Virus record (IMG/VR): IMGVR_UViG_3300005288_000001
Location: 108,502-172,501 of that record
Source of the DNA: a virus
Strand: one strand, 5' to 3'
Length of the DNA: 64,000 nt
Under the pieces are notes generated by a model that made no database searches, was not told where the DNA came from, and worked only from the letters and a program-made list of their open reading frames with translations. Positions 1 to 8,960 of this stretch are shown one piece after another; position 1 is the first letter of the stretch; the number at the start of each line of letters is the position of its first letter. The position numbers and the translations under genes were made by a program.

Positions 1-723
1 ATAGAGCCATTGCTCTGTAATTGGTTCGGTCGGAATCGTACCATCAGCCTTATAAGTGCCGAAGCCATCATGAACATTGACCGTAACATGTTTGATGATC
101 TTTCCGTTGGTAACTGGCCCGTAGAAGTTCGTCTTCATCGTGAAATTCAGAGTATGAATGACGACGCGTTGGTTCTTTTCATAGGACCCGTCGTAATTGT
201 CTTCTGCCGGAACGGCACTGTTGAGAACAACTGGAACGGATTGAACGATATTCAGCTCGGGTACAATAGATAGGCTGAGGGAATAGGCAGGACCGAAGTA
301 TGGTAGAATCTGCTCCAAAATCTGAAGCGCGTCCTCTTGGCCCTTGGTAACGATGTAAAGACTGATACCGATGTTCCATGGCACAGGTGCGAAGACTTGC
401 TTGCGGCCAGGATCAGTTGGTGTTGGACTGTTACAGATGATTGTATTGGTTGAATTCATCTTACGACTTTCGTCATAAGTGTATCCTGTAATCTCGAAGG
501 CCATACGCGGCAACGAAACCTTAACGTGTTTGTCCAGACTTGGGTCCGAATCAACACGACGCAGCAACTTATCCTTGTTTGAATATGCGATAGGAACTGC
601 GATGGTTTGTTCGACCGAGCCATCAAGGGCTTGTCGTTGCACAACTACATCACTGAATAGTCGCGCGAAGGCGATAATAGTGTTCTTGGTTGTGCTGTGG
701 TAGAAAGGGTTTCCAGCAAACAT
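1..723 (-). CDS. gp15: Tail sheath terminator/stabiliser (partial; runs off the window)
   Basis: Manual translation from the ATG at 723 (TAATG overlap with gp14): MFAGNPFYHSTTKNTIIAFARLFSDVVVQRQ...VPIAYSNKDK...SLPRMAFEITGYTYDESRK. This matches the T4 gp15 pattern and follows gp13-gp14. Confidence 0.9.
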   Translation of the reverse strand, partial: MFAGNPFYHSTTKNTIIAFARLFSDVVVQRQALDGSVEQTIAVPIAYSNKDKLLRRVDSDPSLDKHVKVSLPRMAFEITGYTYDESRKMNSTNTIICNSPTPTDPGRKQVFAPVPWNIGISLYIVTKGQEDALQILEQILPYFGPAYSLSLSIVPELNIVQSVPVVLNSAVPAEDNYDGSYEKNQRVVIHTLNFTMKTNFYGPVTNGKIIKHVTVNVHDGFGTYKADGTIPTEPITEQWLY

Positions 724-1376
724 TAAGGAAGATCTCCGAATGGATTGTCAGTCGGGAAGCCAACGTTGGGCCACTCGTCACGAGCTTTTTCATTATCGCC
801 GTATGAATCAGGGACGTCGATATTAGGTTGTTTCGTAGTGTCAAAGGTTCGCATAGATTCGAACACGTCGATTTCAGGCTTACCTGTTTCGATACGTTCC
901 GACGAGTACGTGTATGTTTCGACCGTAAGAGTGTACGTGTATAGCTTTGCCAATTGGTAAAACTGTTCTTGGTGCTTGACGAATGTGACAACGAATAGGC
1001 CACCAGTCAGTGGGAAGTAAATCAGATCACCTTCGGCCGGACGGTTGGGAAGTTGATTGCCGGGAAAACGACCAATCAGTTGGTCCCAACGGCGACGGGC
1101 AACGGTCAGGTATGCGCTCTGGTCCATCGTGTGGCCGAACGTCTTGACGAATGCACCCTGGCCATCGAAGCCCATTGGAGTCTCAAGATACATTTCAATT
1201 GAATATGCATCCTTGAACTTTGAGAGACGGTCTTCTCCTAGAAACTCATCCTTGGCAACTAGCACGCGAGGGATGTAATAGAAGTTTTGTCCCTTTGCCT
1301 GGATGGCTTCAATGATAAGGTCTTCCAGAAGACCCTGCTCATTCGTAGAACCAACATTGAAATAAGGATTGATCAT
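723..1376 (-). CDS. gp14: Neck protein
   Basis: INPYFN..EQGLLEDLIIEAI..YYIPR..FLGED..RPAEGDLIYFP motifs; synteny. Confidence 0.93.
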   Translation of the reverse strand: MINPYFNVGSTNEQGLLEDLIIEAIQAKGQNFYYIPRVLVAKDEFLGEDRLSKFKDAYSIEMYLETPMGFDGQGAFVKTFGHTMDQSAYLTVARRRWDQLIGRFPGNQLPNRPAEGDLIYFPLTGGLFVVTFVKHQEQFYQLAKLYTYTLTVETYTYSSERIETGKPEIDVFESMRTFDTTKQPNIDVPDSYGDNEKARDEWPNVGFPTDNPFGDLP

Positions 1377-1377
1377 G

Positions 1378-2328
1378 TTATCCCATGAAGAACGATAGTG
1401 GCGCCGACTTGGTTAGCAGGTCAGTTTCGAGAGCCTTGATATCCAACATAGCTTCTTGGAAGATGGTGTTGCCGTCAACCTTGATACCACCTGGAAGAGT
1501 CATACCACTATACTTCTTCAGGTTAATTCCCCACTGGCGCTTGATTAGGGCAGTTGTATATTGGCGAACCCAAGGTTCAGTCCAAACCTTGCTGAAGGCT
1601 TGAGGATCGATAGCACGGTATCCTTCAACGACAATAACCTGTCCGGTTGAGAGCTTCCCGCGCCAGTTCACATCAAGACGCAGCTGTCCCATCATACGGT
1701 TGAACTCGAAATCTGGAGCTGCATTCAACGTGAAGTTGAGCAAGTCCAGATGGCTCATGGCCATTGTGTAGTATGTAAGGTCCGTAGACGTCAGATTGCG
1801 GATATCATTCAGCATCAATTGGTATTGGACGTCAAAGATATATGCACTAGAACTTGTAGGTTGGGTGAAAGGAATAACACGAGTCACACCGAAAACCGCG
1901 TCTGGAATACGAATCCAGTGGTTTTCTGTATCGCCGGCAGTATAGAAAATTCCAGAGCTGAGAGTTGCTACGTTGCCAGCAGCATCAGTAATGTTTTCGC
2001 CTGCCAGGAATTCACCTACAACGTTACGGATATTGAGAACTGTTGGATCAATAGATGGTTGTGTCTTAGCCTTGGCGCCCGATGTGGTTCCAACAATATC
2101 AATCTCGTTAGGGAAGGCAGTTGCATTATTCGTCGTAATGTTCAGCTGCGAGCAGGTAATCTTGTGCTGCAGATAAATCTTCTCGGCACCTTCATAGTGG
2201 TAGAGGTTGAAATACGACAGGGCTTCGTCGATACGATCCTGCAGTTGTTCTTCGGCAACGTTGATTTCAACCACGGGTGCGCCAAGAGCGCGAAGGCAAT
2301 ACTGCTTTAGATGTTCTCTTGTCGACAT
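1378..2328 (-). CDS. gp13: Neck protein
   Basis: LKQYCLRALGAPVVEINV..Q..DRIDEAL and YTTALIKRQWGINLKKYSGMTLPGG motifs. Confidence 0.95.
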   Translation of the reverse strand: MSTREHLKQYCLRALGAPVVEINVAEEQLQDRIDEALSYFNLYHYEGAEKIYLQHKITCSQLNITTNNATAFPNEIDIVGTTSGAKAKTQPSIDPTVLNIRNVVGEFLAGENITDAAGNVATLSSGIFYTAGDTENHWIRIPDAVFGVTRVIPFTQPTSSSAYIFDVQYQLMLNDIRNLTSTDLTYYTMAMSHLDLLNFTLNAAPDFEFNRMMGQLRLDVNWRGKLSTGQVIVVEGYRAIDPQAFSKVWTEPWVRQYTTALIKRQWGINLKKYSGMTLPGGIKVDGNTIFQEAMLDIKALETDLLTKSAPLSFFMG

Positions 2329-3899
2329 TACTTCACCACAATTCTTTTAATTTTATCCTTCAAGGTCACAAACGATTTCGAGACCTTGTCCATAACAACG
2401 TTCTTAGATTCAGGGATAGCACCCGGAATATTAGCAACAGATTTGTTCATTTGTTCCGATACAGTATTGGTATTCTTACGCAAGACGACACGAACATTGT
2501 AACGCTTAGTGATCCGTTGAACGAACGAGAGGACGTTGGTTATCACGTTCGCATCTAGCGCCACATAGAAGAGGCGGCTGAGTCTACTATTTAGGGTCTT
2601 CGTCGCCTTAAAGACTTTTGATACGAGTCTACTCTTGGTTGCAGTAGCATGGATCGAAGTCATGAATACTTTCGCGCGCAACGAATTACGCACGGCGGTA
2701 ATCAGTGTAGACTTAGAAATCAGCACCCCAACCATACGAATCATCTTCGGTGACAGACCAAGGTTTGCCTTGAGTGACTTGAAGAATCCCTTTGTAACTA
2801 AAGTATTAGCTAGGAGGCTTTTTGAAATGGTTTTGCCAACACGACGAATCAAGATAACGTTGGTGGCCACGGCCTTAGTAATCTTCTTACCAATCAGACG
2901 TGACATCAGATTAGAAACCTGAAGGGTCTTGCTGATTCGTTTGAAGACTAGACGTTGACGAAGCGCAAAGGCGTTCACAGTTGTAGTGTGGAACGATAGC
3001 AGCTTACGCGAAAGAGCGGACGTTTCGTTGACAACGAGGCTTCCGGACAAGACAAGAAGCATACGACGAAGTGGCGTTGCAGTTCCCGTAGCGACCAGGC
3101 TCTTGTTGATGATATGGAATACTCTACGGATACGCGTCGTCACAGCCGTGAGACTAACAGATCGAATCTTGTAGATTCGACGAAGCATACTCGATGACGA
3201 TGAGACATTCGCCATAAGCATCATCGCCTTCAGGCTTGCGTACGAGTATGAGGCAAAGGTTGTAAGACCAGCACTTAGAGACTTGGTCAGTGTACGAAAC
3301 GCGGTGCCCACCAACGAATTAGATGTGGTATGATTGCTTCCGACACGACGGATACGAGTGGCCGAAACCAATTTGACCACGTTGATGATCTGAGTCGTTG
3401 AGCGAATACGGGTTGCGTTGATTAGCTTGGCTACGCTTAGATTCTTAGTGAGATTGCGAATTTGAGTTGCGCTAATAACTTTCGCGACGCTACGAATCTT
3501 ATACACTGCGCGAGCGCGTGTAGCAGTTGCCAGCTTGGATGTGCTGAAATTCTTACCAATCACCGGAGTACGAGTGGCCGATATTACCTTGCTCAGACTG
3601 ATAATCTGTGTCGTAGAACGAATTCGTGAAGGTGTTATCACCTTCGATAGATTGAAAATCTGGGTGACCGAACGATTACGTGTTGCGGTGATTGCCTTCG
3701 TTGCTGTTTCAATCTTCGATACACTATTGAGACGAGACTTGAGTGTTGTAAGAGATGCCAGGAAACTCTTCAAGATGGAACGTGAACGGCTAGCAGCCAC
3801 AGAACTGCTAGCGGTCAGAGTCATCGTGGTTGAGTTTGATCCTGCCGCGCGCAACTCCGCGGATATAGGCTGCGCACCGAGAATCAATCTTCCGTACAT
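2328..3899 (-). CDS. Very basic S/T/V/K/R-rich repeat protein, probably structural
   Basis: 523 aa with about 8 acidic residues and 18-aa repeats; coupled to gp13 by a TAATG overlap. Confidence 0.7.
   Translation of the reverse strand: MYGRLILGAQPISAELRAAGSNSTTMTLTASSSVAASRSRSILKSFLASLTTLKSRLNSVSKIETATKAITATRNRSVTQIFNLSKVITPSRIRSTTQIISLSKVISATRTPVIGKNFSTSKLATATRARAVYKIRSVAKVISATQIRNLTKNLSVAKLINATRIRSTTQIINVVKLVSATRIRRVGSNHTTSNSLVGTAFRTLTKSLSAGLTTFASYSYASLKAMMLMANVSSSSSMLRRIYKIRSVSLTAVTTRIRRVFHIINKSLVATGTATPLRRMLLVLSGSLVVNETSALSRKLLSFHTTTVNAFALRQRLVFKRISKTLQVSNLMSRLIGKKITKAVATNVILIRRVGKTISKSLLANTLVTKGFFKSLKANLGLSPKMIRMVGVLISKSTLITAVRNSLRAKVFMTSIHATATKSRLVSKVFKATKTLNSRLSRLFYVALDANVITNVLSFVQRITKRYNVRVVLRKNTNTVSEQMNKSVANIPGAIPESKNVVMDKVSKSFVTLKDKIKRIVVK
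3325..3700 (-). repeat. About 7 degenerate 18-aa (54-bp) coding repeats
   Basis: SKVITPSRIRSTTQIISL / SKVISATRTPVIGKNFST / AKVISATQIRNLTKNLSV / AKLINATRIRSTTQIINV; boundaries approximate. Confidence 0.8.
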
Positions 3900-3900
3900 A

Positions 3901-6900
3901 TTACGTCAGTCGTTCGACTGTGAAGAATATTTGGTAGCGAGCGGTTCCAATAGTTCCCGTTACAGTTGTTGTGTACTGAGCAGTACCAATTGCCATACGA
4001 GCAATAATAGAACCTTGCGTGTAGTTCGCTGCCGCCATAGAGATAGAAGGAATGACCACGCTTCGTAGTTGACCAGCGGCATCATTGAAGAAGATAGTCG
4101 ACGCCACCGTTGCCGTGCCGCTGGATACTTCCGTTGCCAGATAGTAGGTGATACGATAATCGCCTTCAGCCCATGCCGTGAACAAGTTCGTAGCACCGAT
4201 AGAAGTAGATTGGGTCTTCAGAGCCTTCTTAGCCTTGATTGCTGGAATGCACGAAATCAGGTTATCAATAGTCGTTGGCCATACAGCGTTGTTCGTTTCA
4301 ACCACACCATGGACCAGATTAGGACGCGCGCCTGAACCCGGAGTCGAGATATTTGCCCAGCTGGTGAACAAAGCTCCAGTATCAACACCGTAGAATGCAT
4401 TACTTGCTGGCCATACGTTGTTGATCGTATAGTCAAGAGCCACACATGTCGCGCTGCCGTTACCGCCAAAGAAGTGAACGTTATGGAACTGGTTACTATC
4501 ACAAGATGCTAGATAGATACCATAGACCACGTTTGAGCCAGTCGCAAAGGTAACAACCACGTTCGTGAAGTGGCAGTAGTCCGTGTTGCTGTTGAGCAAT
4601 CCTGTGCAGTGGATACCGATAGCACCAGTAACGTTTGGCACTTCGATGCTGATATTGTCGAAACGATTATGCAGACTGTCTACGTTATCCACACCAGACA
4701 CAGTGTTAGCAACTGTGGTTGACAGGATAGAATACTTGCATCCCTTGAAGGACAGGTCTTGGCAAGAACCGAAAGCAGCTGACACCACATGCAAACCAGC
4801 AGAGGCAACACCACTTCCTTCAAATTCGATACGGTCAACACCCCATCCAACGAGTGGACCGGCAAGCTTGATCATAACCAAGACAGAAGCGCTCGCCCAT
4901 ACCAGCTTCGTAGTGGCAGTTGTAGCCATACCAGCCAGTGCGTATTGCGGACGTGGAACACCTTCACCAACCAAACGAACGCCACGAATGGTAGACGCGG
5001 CCGAGCTGGTTCCATCACCGATCGTAATGCTGGTCGATAGACGATACGTTCCCTTAGGAAGATAAACTTCACCACCAGATGTACCAAGATAGTTGATGGC
5101 AGCCTGGATAGCGCAACCGTCAATTTCTTCAGTCAGGGCAGCAGCGAATGGATATACCACTTGAGCCGCAGCCAGGGTAGCATATTGCGCTGATAGTGGG
5201 TGAGTCGTCCCATCACCGTAGGCACCAAAGTCCTTAACGTTGATACGATTATTCAGGTCGTTAATGTAACGTGAACTGTTAGACTTCTGTACCTTGACCC
5301 CAGTGTGACCTGACGAATCAATCTGATAGAACGTGTTCGATGATGGGCGACCACCTGAATCTTGCTCGTTTACAGCGTGACGCATCTTTCCGTTACCGGC
5401 CCAAGACTGTAGATTCGACACCTTGTTGTTAACGGTTCCCGAACCATAGAACAGAACCGCAGCGCCTTCTGTTTCGTCTAGCGAGTTTGGATTGGTGATC
5501 GAAAGACCATCTACAGTGTTGAACTGGCAGTTGTCGGCAATAGCAAATCCAGACTTAGCGGGCGAATTGATCTGCCCACCAATTATCTTGTTGAAGTTAG
5601 AAAATGTACCAAGGCTCAGACCTGATACATTATTGTCGCCCCAGATAGACATACCAAAGTCTGTAGATGCCCAAGTGGCATTACCTGTCCAGAAGATAGA
5701 TGGATTGACAATATCGCAGTTGTTGCAATTCAGCAGATTGATACCTTCCAGCTTGGTGTCCCAAGTGCGGTGGTTAATAATCTTACCACGACCCACATTG
5801 TACATCTGTGCACCCATCTGTGTACAGTTAAATGTCGTACAATCGATGATAGCATGGTCGCTTCCGCTAACGTTTTGGATACCGTGCGAAGTGTATACAT
5901 TAGACACGACACAGTTACGTGTGTGGATATTGCTGCCACCCGAATGATAGATGCCGATCTGTTGAGCTTCGTTTACTGTGATTCGTTCGAAATCGCATTG
6001 GCTAGAAGCTGATGTGTTGATACCGAAGGCTGCAGATGCTGAGATCAGAATATCCGATGCCTTAATCTGAGCACTTGAATCTACGAAGATACAACTCGCA
6101 GCTGTGAAAGTAGCACGTTCAGCGTACAGCTGGAAGTTGCTCAAATTCACATTGGTCTTGCTGCTAATCAAGAACCACTTGTTGCCTGTAATCGTTGATC
6201 CAAACGGAATGAAAACGGTATTCATTCCCGACCCACGGAAGTTCATATTCGAACCAAATGTAATCTGGTCCGTATAGTAAAGTCCGCCTGGTACAAAGAT
6301 GCCACCACGCCCATAAGTCGCCATCGCATTGATAGCGTCTTGAATGTTGGTCTGTAGATTCGATGTTTCAGTCTGAGCTGAAATTGTAGAATGCTTAGCA
6401 GGTGGAATAAAACGGAACAAGGAAACTTCATCACCGTTCGCCATATCAGACAGCGTCTTAACATACGCTGGTGCGACTGGGTCCGCGTGGGGAACCATTG
6501 TCGACGTGATACCAGCAACCGTTCCGGTGAATGTTGGTGAAGCTAGAGTAGCATAACCTTGCGCCTTGACGTAAGCGGTCGTGGCAATTTGAGTCGTGTT
6601 GGTACCAGTGGATGCTGTTGGAGCTGTTGGAGTACCAGTCAGGGCAGGGGATGCTAGAGTAGCATAAGCCTGTGCCTTGACATATGCAGTGGTCGCAATC
6701 TGAGTCGTGTTGGTACCAGTGGATGCTGTTGGAGCTAGTGGCGTACCAGTTAGAGATGGAGATGCAAGTGGCGCATAAGCCTGTCCAATAACAAACGCAG
6801 TTGTGGCGATTTGTGTGGTGTTGGTGTTGGCAGCTGCGGTTGTTGAAGTTGGTGTGCCAGTAAGAGCGGGCGATGCAAGAGTTGCATACGCTTGAGCCTT

Positions 6901-7323
6901 AACATAGGCAGTTGTAGCGATCTGGGTTGTGTTGGTAGCAGTAGCAGCTGTAGGAGCGGCAGGCGTACCAGTGAAGGTTGGTGAAGCTAGGTTGGCCTTA
7001 CCGACGATCGTAGATGCATCCAACGTGATTGCGATGCGTCGTGTTCCAGCGGCCCACGAAACAGCGGCGTTTGCATTTGAACTACGGATGATTGCGGTAC
7101 GAGCCAGGATACCACCTGTGCCCCAGGTACCAGTTCCAATTTCCCAGCTACCACTAGGGATTCCGGAAACGTTGACATCTTCTGCATAGTAGATGCAGGT
7201 GTCGCCGTTCGCGCACTGAGACGCGAACGTGGTGAATCCAGAAATAGTGCCAGCTAGAGTATATGAACCAGTTCCCGTAGTAGTGCTGGTTTCCAGCACT
7301 CGATCTGCGGTAATAAAGGCCAT
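3901..7323 (-). CDS. Fibre/tailspike with two pectate-lyase-like beta-helix regions
   Basis: N-terminal ADRVLETSTTTGTG, 37-aa shaft repeats, and two beta-helix caps (IQDAINAM..GGIFVPGGLY; INVKDFGAYGDG..AIQAAIN..VYLPKGTY). Confidence 0.8.
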   Translation of the reverse strand: MAFITADRVLETSTTTGTGSYTLAGTISGFTTFASQCANGDTCIYYAEDVNVSGIPSGSWEIGTGTWGTGGILARTAIIRSSNANAAVSWAAGTRRIAITLDASTIVGKANLASPTFTGTPAAPTAATATNTTQIATTAYVKAQAYATLASPALTGTPTSTTAAANTNTTQIATTAFVIGQAYAPLASPSLTGTPLAPTASTGTNTTQIATTAYVKAQAYATLASPALTGTPTAPTASTGTNTTQIATTAYVKAQGYATLASPTFTGTVAGITSTMVPHADPVAPAYVKTLSDMANGDEVSLFRFIPPAKHSTISAQTETSNLQTNIQDAINAMATYGRGGIFVPGGLYYTDQITFGSNMNFRGSGMNTVFIPFGSTITGNKWFLISSKTNVNLSNFQLYAERATFTAASCIFVDSSAQIKASDILISASAAFGINTSASSQCDFERITVNEAQQIGIYHSGGSNIHTRNCVVSNVYTSHGIQNVSGSDHAIIDCTTFNCTQMGAQMYNVGRGKIINHRTWDTKLEGINLLNCNNCDIVNPSIFWTGNATWASTDFGMSIWGDNNVSGLSLGTFSNFNKIIGGQINSPAKSGFAIADNCQFNTVDGLSITNPNSLDETEGAAVLFYGSGTVNNKVSNLQSWAGNGKMRHAVNEQDSGGRPSSNTFYQIDSSGHTGVKVQKSNSSRYINDLNNRINVKDFGAYGDGTTHPLSAQYATLAAAQVVYPFAAALTEEIDGCAIQAAINYLGTSGGEVYLPKGTYRLSTSITIGDGTSSAASTIRGVRLVGEGVPRPQYALAGMATTATTKLVWASASVLVMIKLAGPLVGWGVDRIEFEGSGVASAGLHVVSAAFGSCQDLSFKGCKYSILSTTVANTVSGVDNVDSLHNRFDNISIEVPNVTGAIGIHCTGLLNSNTDYCHFTNVVVTFATGSNVVYGIYLASCDSNQFHNVHFFGGNGSATCVALDYTINNVWPASNAFYGVDTGALFTSWANISTPGSGARPNLVHGVVETNNAVWPTTIDNLISCIPAIKAKKALKTQSTSIGATNLFTAWAEGDYRITYYLATEVSSGTATVASTIFFNDAAGQLRSVVIPSISMAAANYTQGSIIARMAIGTAQYTTTVTGTIGTARYQIFFTVERLT
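6520..6995 (-). repeat. Four full plus one partial 37-aa (111-bp) fibre shaft repeats
   Basis: A(T/P)LASPxxTGTPxAPTAxxxTNTTQIATTAYVKAQxY, with near-identical DNA copies at about 6541 and 6652. Confidence 0.9.
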
Positions 7324-7327
7324 ATTC

Positions 7328-7705
7328 TTATGTCAGTTGGGTCTTCAACGTGAATTGAATTGATTCACCGATGTCAAGAGCGATACCAGTAAAGTCAGCC
7401 CACAGGAACAGATTACCAGAAGTAGAAGCATCAAACAGACCAACTTCGGAGATGGTCTTACCAGCTCCAGCGACGGTCAGAGTTCCTACGACTTGATATG
7501 TGTCGTTAGTGGTCGTGGTTGTTACGAGCGAGCTCGTACCTGCAACACGTGCTTCTGCAGCAGCGGTTGATAGTGCAGTTCCGGTAATAACAGCGCCAGT
7601 ACCAGTTCCCCAAGCAACGTAATTTGGCTCAGTAGCACCAGTTGCACCATTCTTTAGACGATTGTTGTAAACACCCTTGCCGATGTTCGTGATGACGGTT
7701 GCCAT
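7328..7705 (-). CDS. Small virion structural protein, paralog of 20548..21003
   Basis: VITNIGK..YVAWGTG..ISEVGLFDASTSGNL..GESIQFT. Confidence 0.75.
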   Translation of the reverse strand: MATVITNIGKGVYNNRLKNGATGATEPNYVAWGTGTGAVITGTALSTAAAEARVAGTSSLVTTTTTNDTYQVVGTLTVAGAGKTISEVGLFDASTSGNLFLWADFTGIALDIGESIQFTLKTQLT

Positions 7706-7869
7706 TATTTTCTCCAGTTTTTAAGTTTTTGTTTAAGAAAATGTAATCCGCGCATAAGAGGATTCTTATGGTAGTAGGCCACAACACCGAGAGGAACTTT
7801 TGTACCATCGGCGCGAATAATTGTCGCCTCGATGGTCACTTCCTTAAATTTCTGTTCGCCGAGAAACAT
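7705..7869 (-). CDS. 54-aa hypothetical protein (not in ORF track)
   Basis: MFLGEQKFKEVTIEATIIRADGTKVPLG...LKKLEK; TAATG overlap with the next gene. Confidence 0.65.
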   Translation of the reverse strand: MFLGEQKFKEVTIEATIIRADGTKVPLGVVAYYHKNPLMRGLHFLKQKLKNWRK

Positions 7870-7883
7870 ACATTCACTTTCTA

Positions 7884-8558
7884 TTATTTAGTAATGTTAG
7901 GACTTAGAAGAACAGTCCCACTGAGAATTCGCGTAACAGTTGTGTCCGGCGCTGTAATTTCCAGATCATAGACAGCCGAGTCAAAAGATAGCACTGATGT
8001 TTCCAGAGCCGTCAGTTGGATAGTGACAGTCCCGAAAGCACCACCCATGGCCAGACGACCATTGGTATTTGTTAGTTCGAGGATCAAAACTGGAGAACTG
8101 GCCACTGGACGAATCTGCATCTTGGCAGTGTACCCAGTCAGGTCCTTAAGGGAACCGTCCACATCGCGCAGTTCAACCACGTGGTTATATGTGGCTCCCT
8201 GGATAATTTCAAGGAGTTCACTATCAACATCGCTCGTTGAGTTTGTTGGATTAACACCTGTAAGACCAGGGGATACAATTGCTTGTCCTTGTTCAAGTCG
8301 AATTCGGTCATTCGCCGACGTCGCCAAGACGTCATAGACGCAACGGCCAACTGTTAGGAACGCAGTATTCTCAGCCTTCATCGAAATAGCAATCTGACCT
8401 GTAACCAAATTCAGGACAGTAACGTCGAAGAATTCGTACTCAGCAGCGTCATACCATTTACGGATTTGTGCTGCCAAAGTATAGTTGGTCAGATTGACTC
8501 CCGTATCAATGACGTGATAGAAAGTCGCTCCCTGATCAATATAGATGTAGTTATCCAT
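7884..8558 (-). CDS. Virion structural/adaptor protein with two tandem QGAT(F/Y) Ig-like domains
   Basis: IDQGATF..NLTNYTLAAQIRK..VYDV, repeated as IIQGATY..DLTGYTAKMQIR..VYDL. Confidence 0.75.
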   Translation of the reverse strand: MDNYIYIDQGATFYHVIDTGVNLTNYTLAAQIRKWYDAAEYEFFDVTVLNLVTGQIAISMKAENTAFLTVGRCVYDVLATSANDRIRLEQGQAIVSPGLTGVNPTNSTSDVDSELLEIIQGATYNHVVELRDVDGSLKDLTGYTAKMQIRPVASSPVLILELTNTNGRLAMGGAFGTVTIQLTALETSVLSFDSAVYDLEITAPDTTVTRILSGTVLLSPNITK

Positions 8559-8959
8559 TAGGTGCTCTTCTTAGTGCGCTTTGGTCGAGCTTCAAGTGCT
8601 TCAAGTCGCTTCAGGATATCAGCAAGTGGATCAGGTGGGAGTGAATCACCAATCAGAGATTCAAGCTCTTGGGTCTTGTGCTTATTCTGCGCGCGGAAGA
8701 AGCTGAAGCGTTCAGCTTCACGTTCTGCTCCAACGGCGTTATTCAGCCATTCAAGTTCTTCCTTACCAGCGCCAGCGTGTGCTTCGATGATTTCTTTGGG
8801 AATTGAATAGGCGCGAACAATCTTGTCGACGTCTTGTAGATTCTTGGGATACGGTTGCATCATCGTGATAGCAGTCCAACCGCCATCGGCAAATTCGACT
8901 GTTAGAACCTGACGGGAAGCATCCCATTGTGTAATTTTGTATTTGAAAGTATCGCTCAT
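8558..8959 (-). CDS. Hypothetical protein (possible fibre assembly accessory)
   Basis: Tightly coupled within the fibre operon. Confidence 0.6.
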   Translation of the reverse strand: MSDTFKYKITQWDASRQVLTVEFADGGWTAITMMQPYPKNLQDVDKIVRAYSIPKEIIEAHAGAGKEELEWLNNAVGAEREAERFSFFRAQNKHKTQELESLIGDSLPPDPLADILKRLEALEARPKRTKKST

Positions 8960-8960
8960 G

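Noticed and set aside
6520-6995. 111-bp repeats as a CRISPR array or DGR template
   Set aside because: They are in-frame coding repeats with no unique spacers, no adenine-specific variation and no reverse transcriptase.
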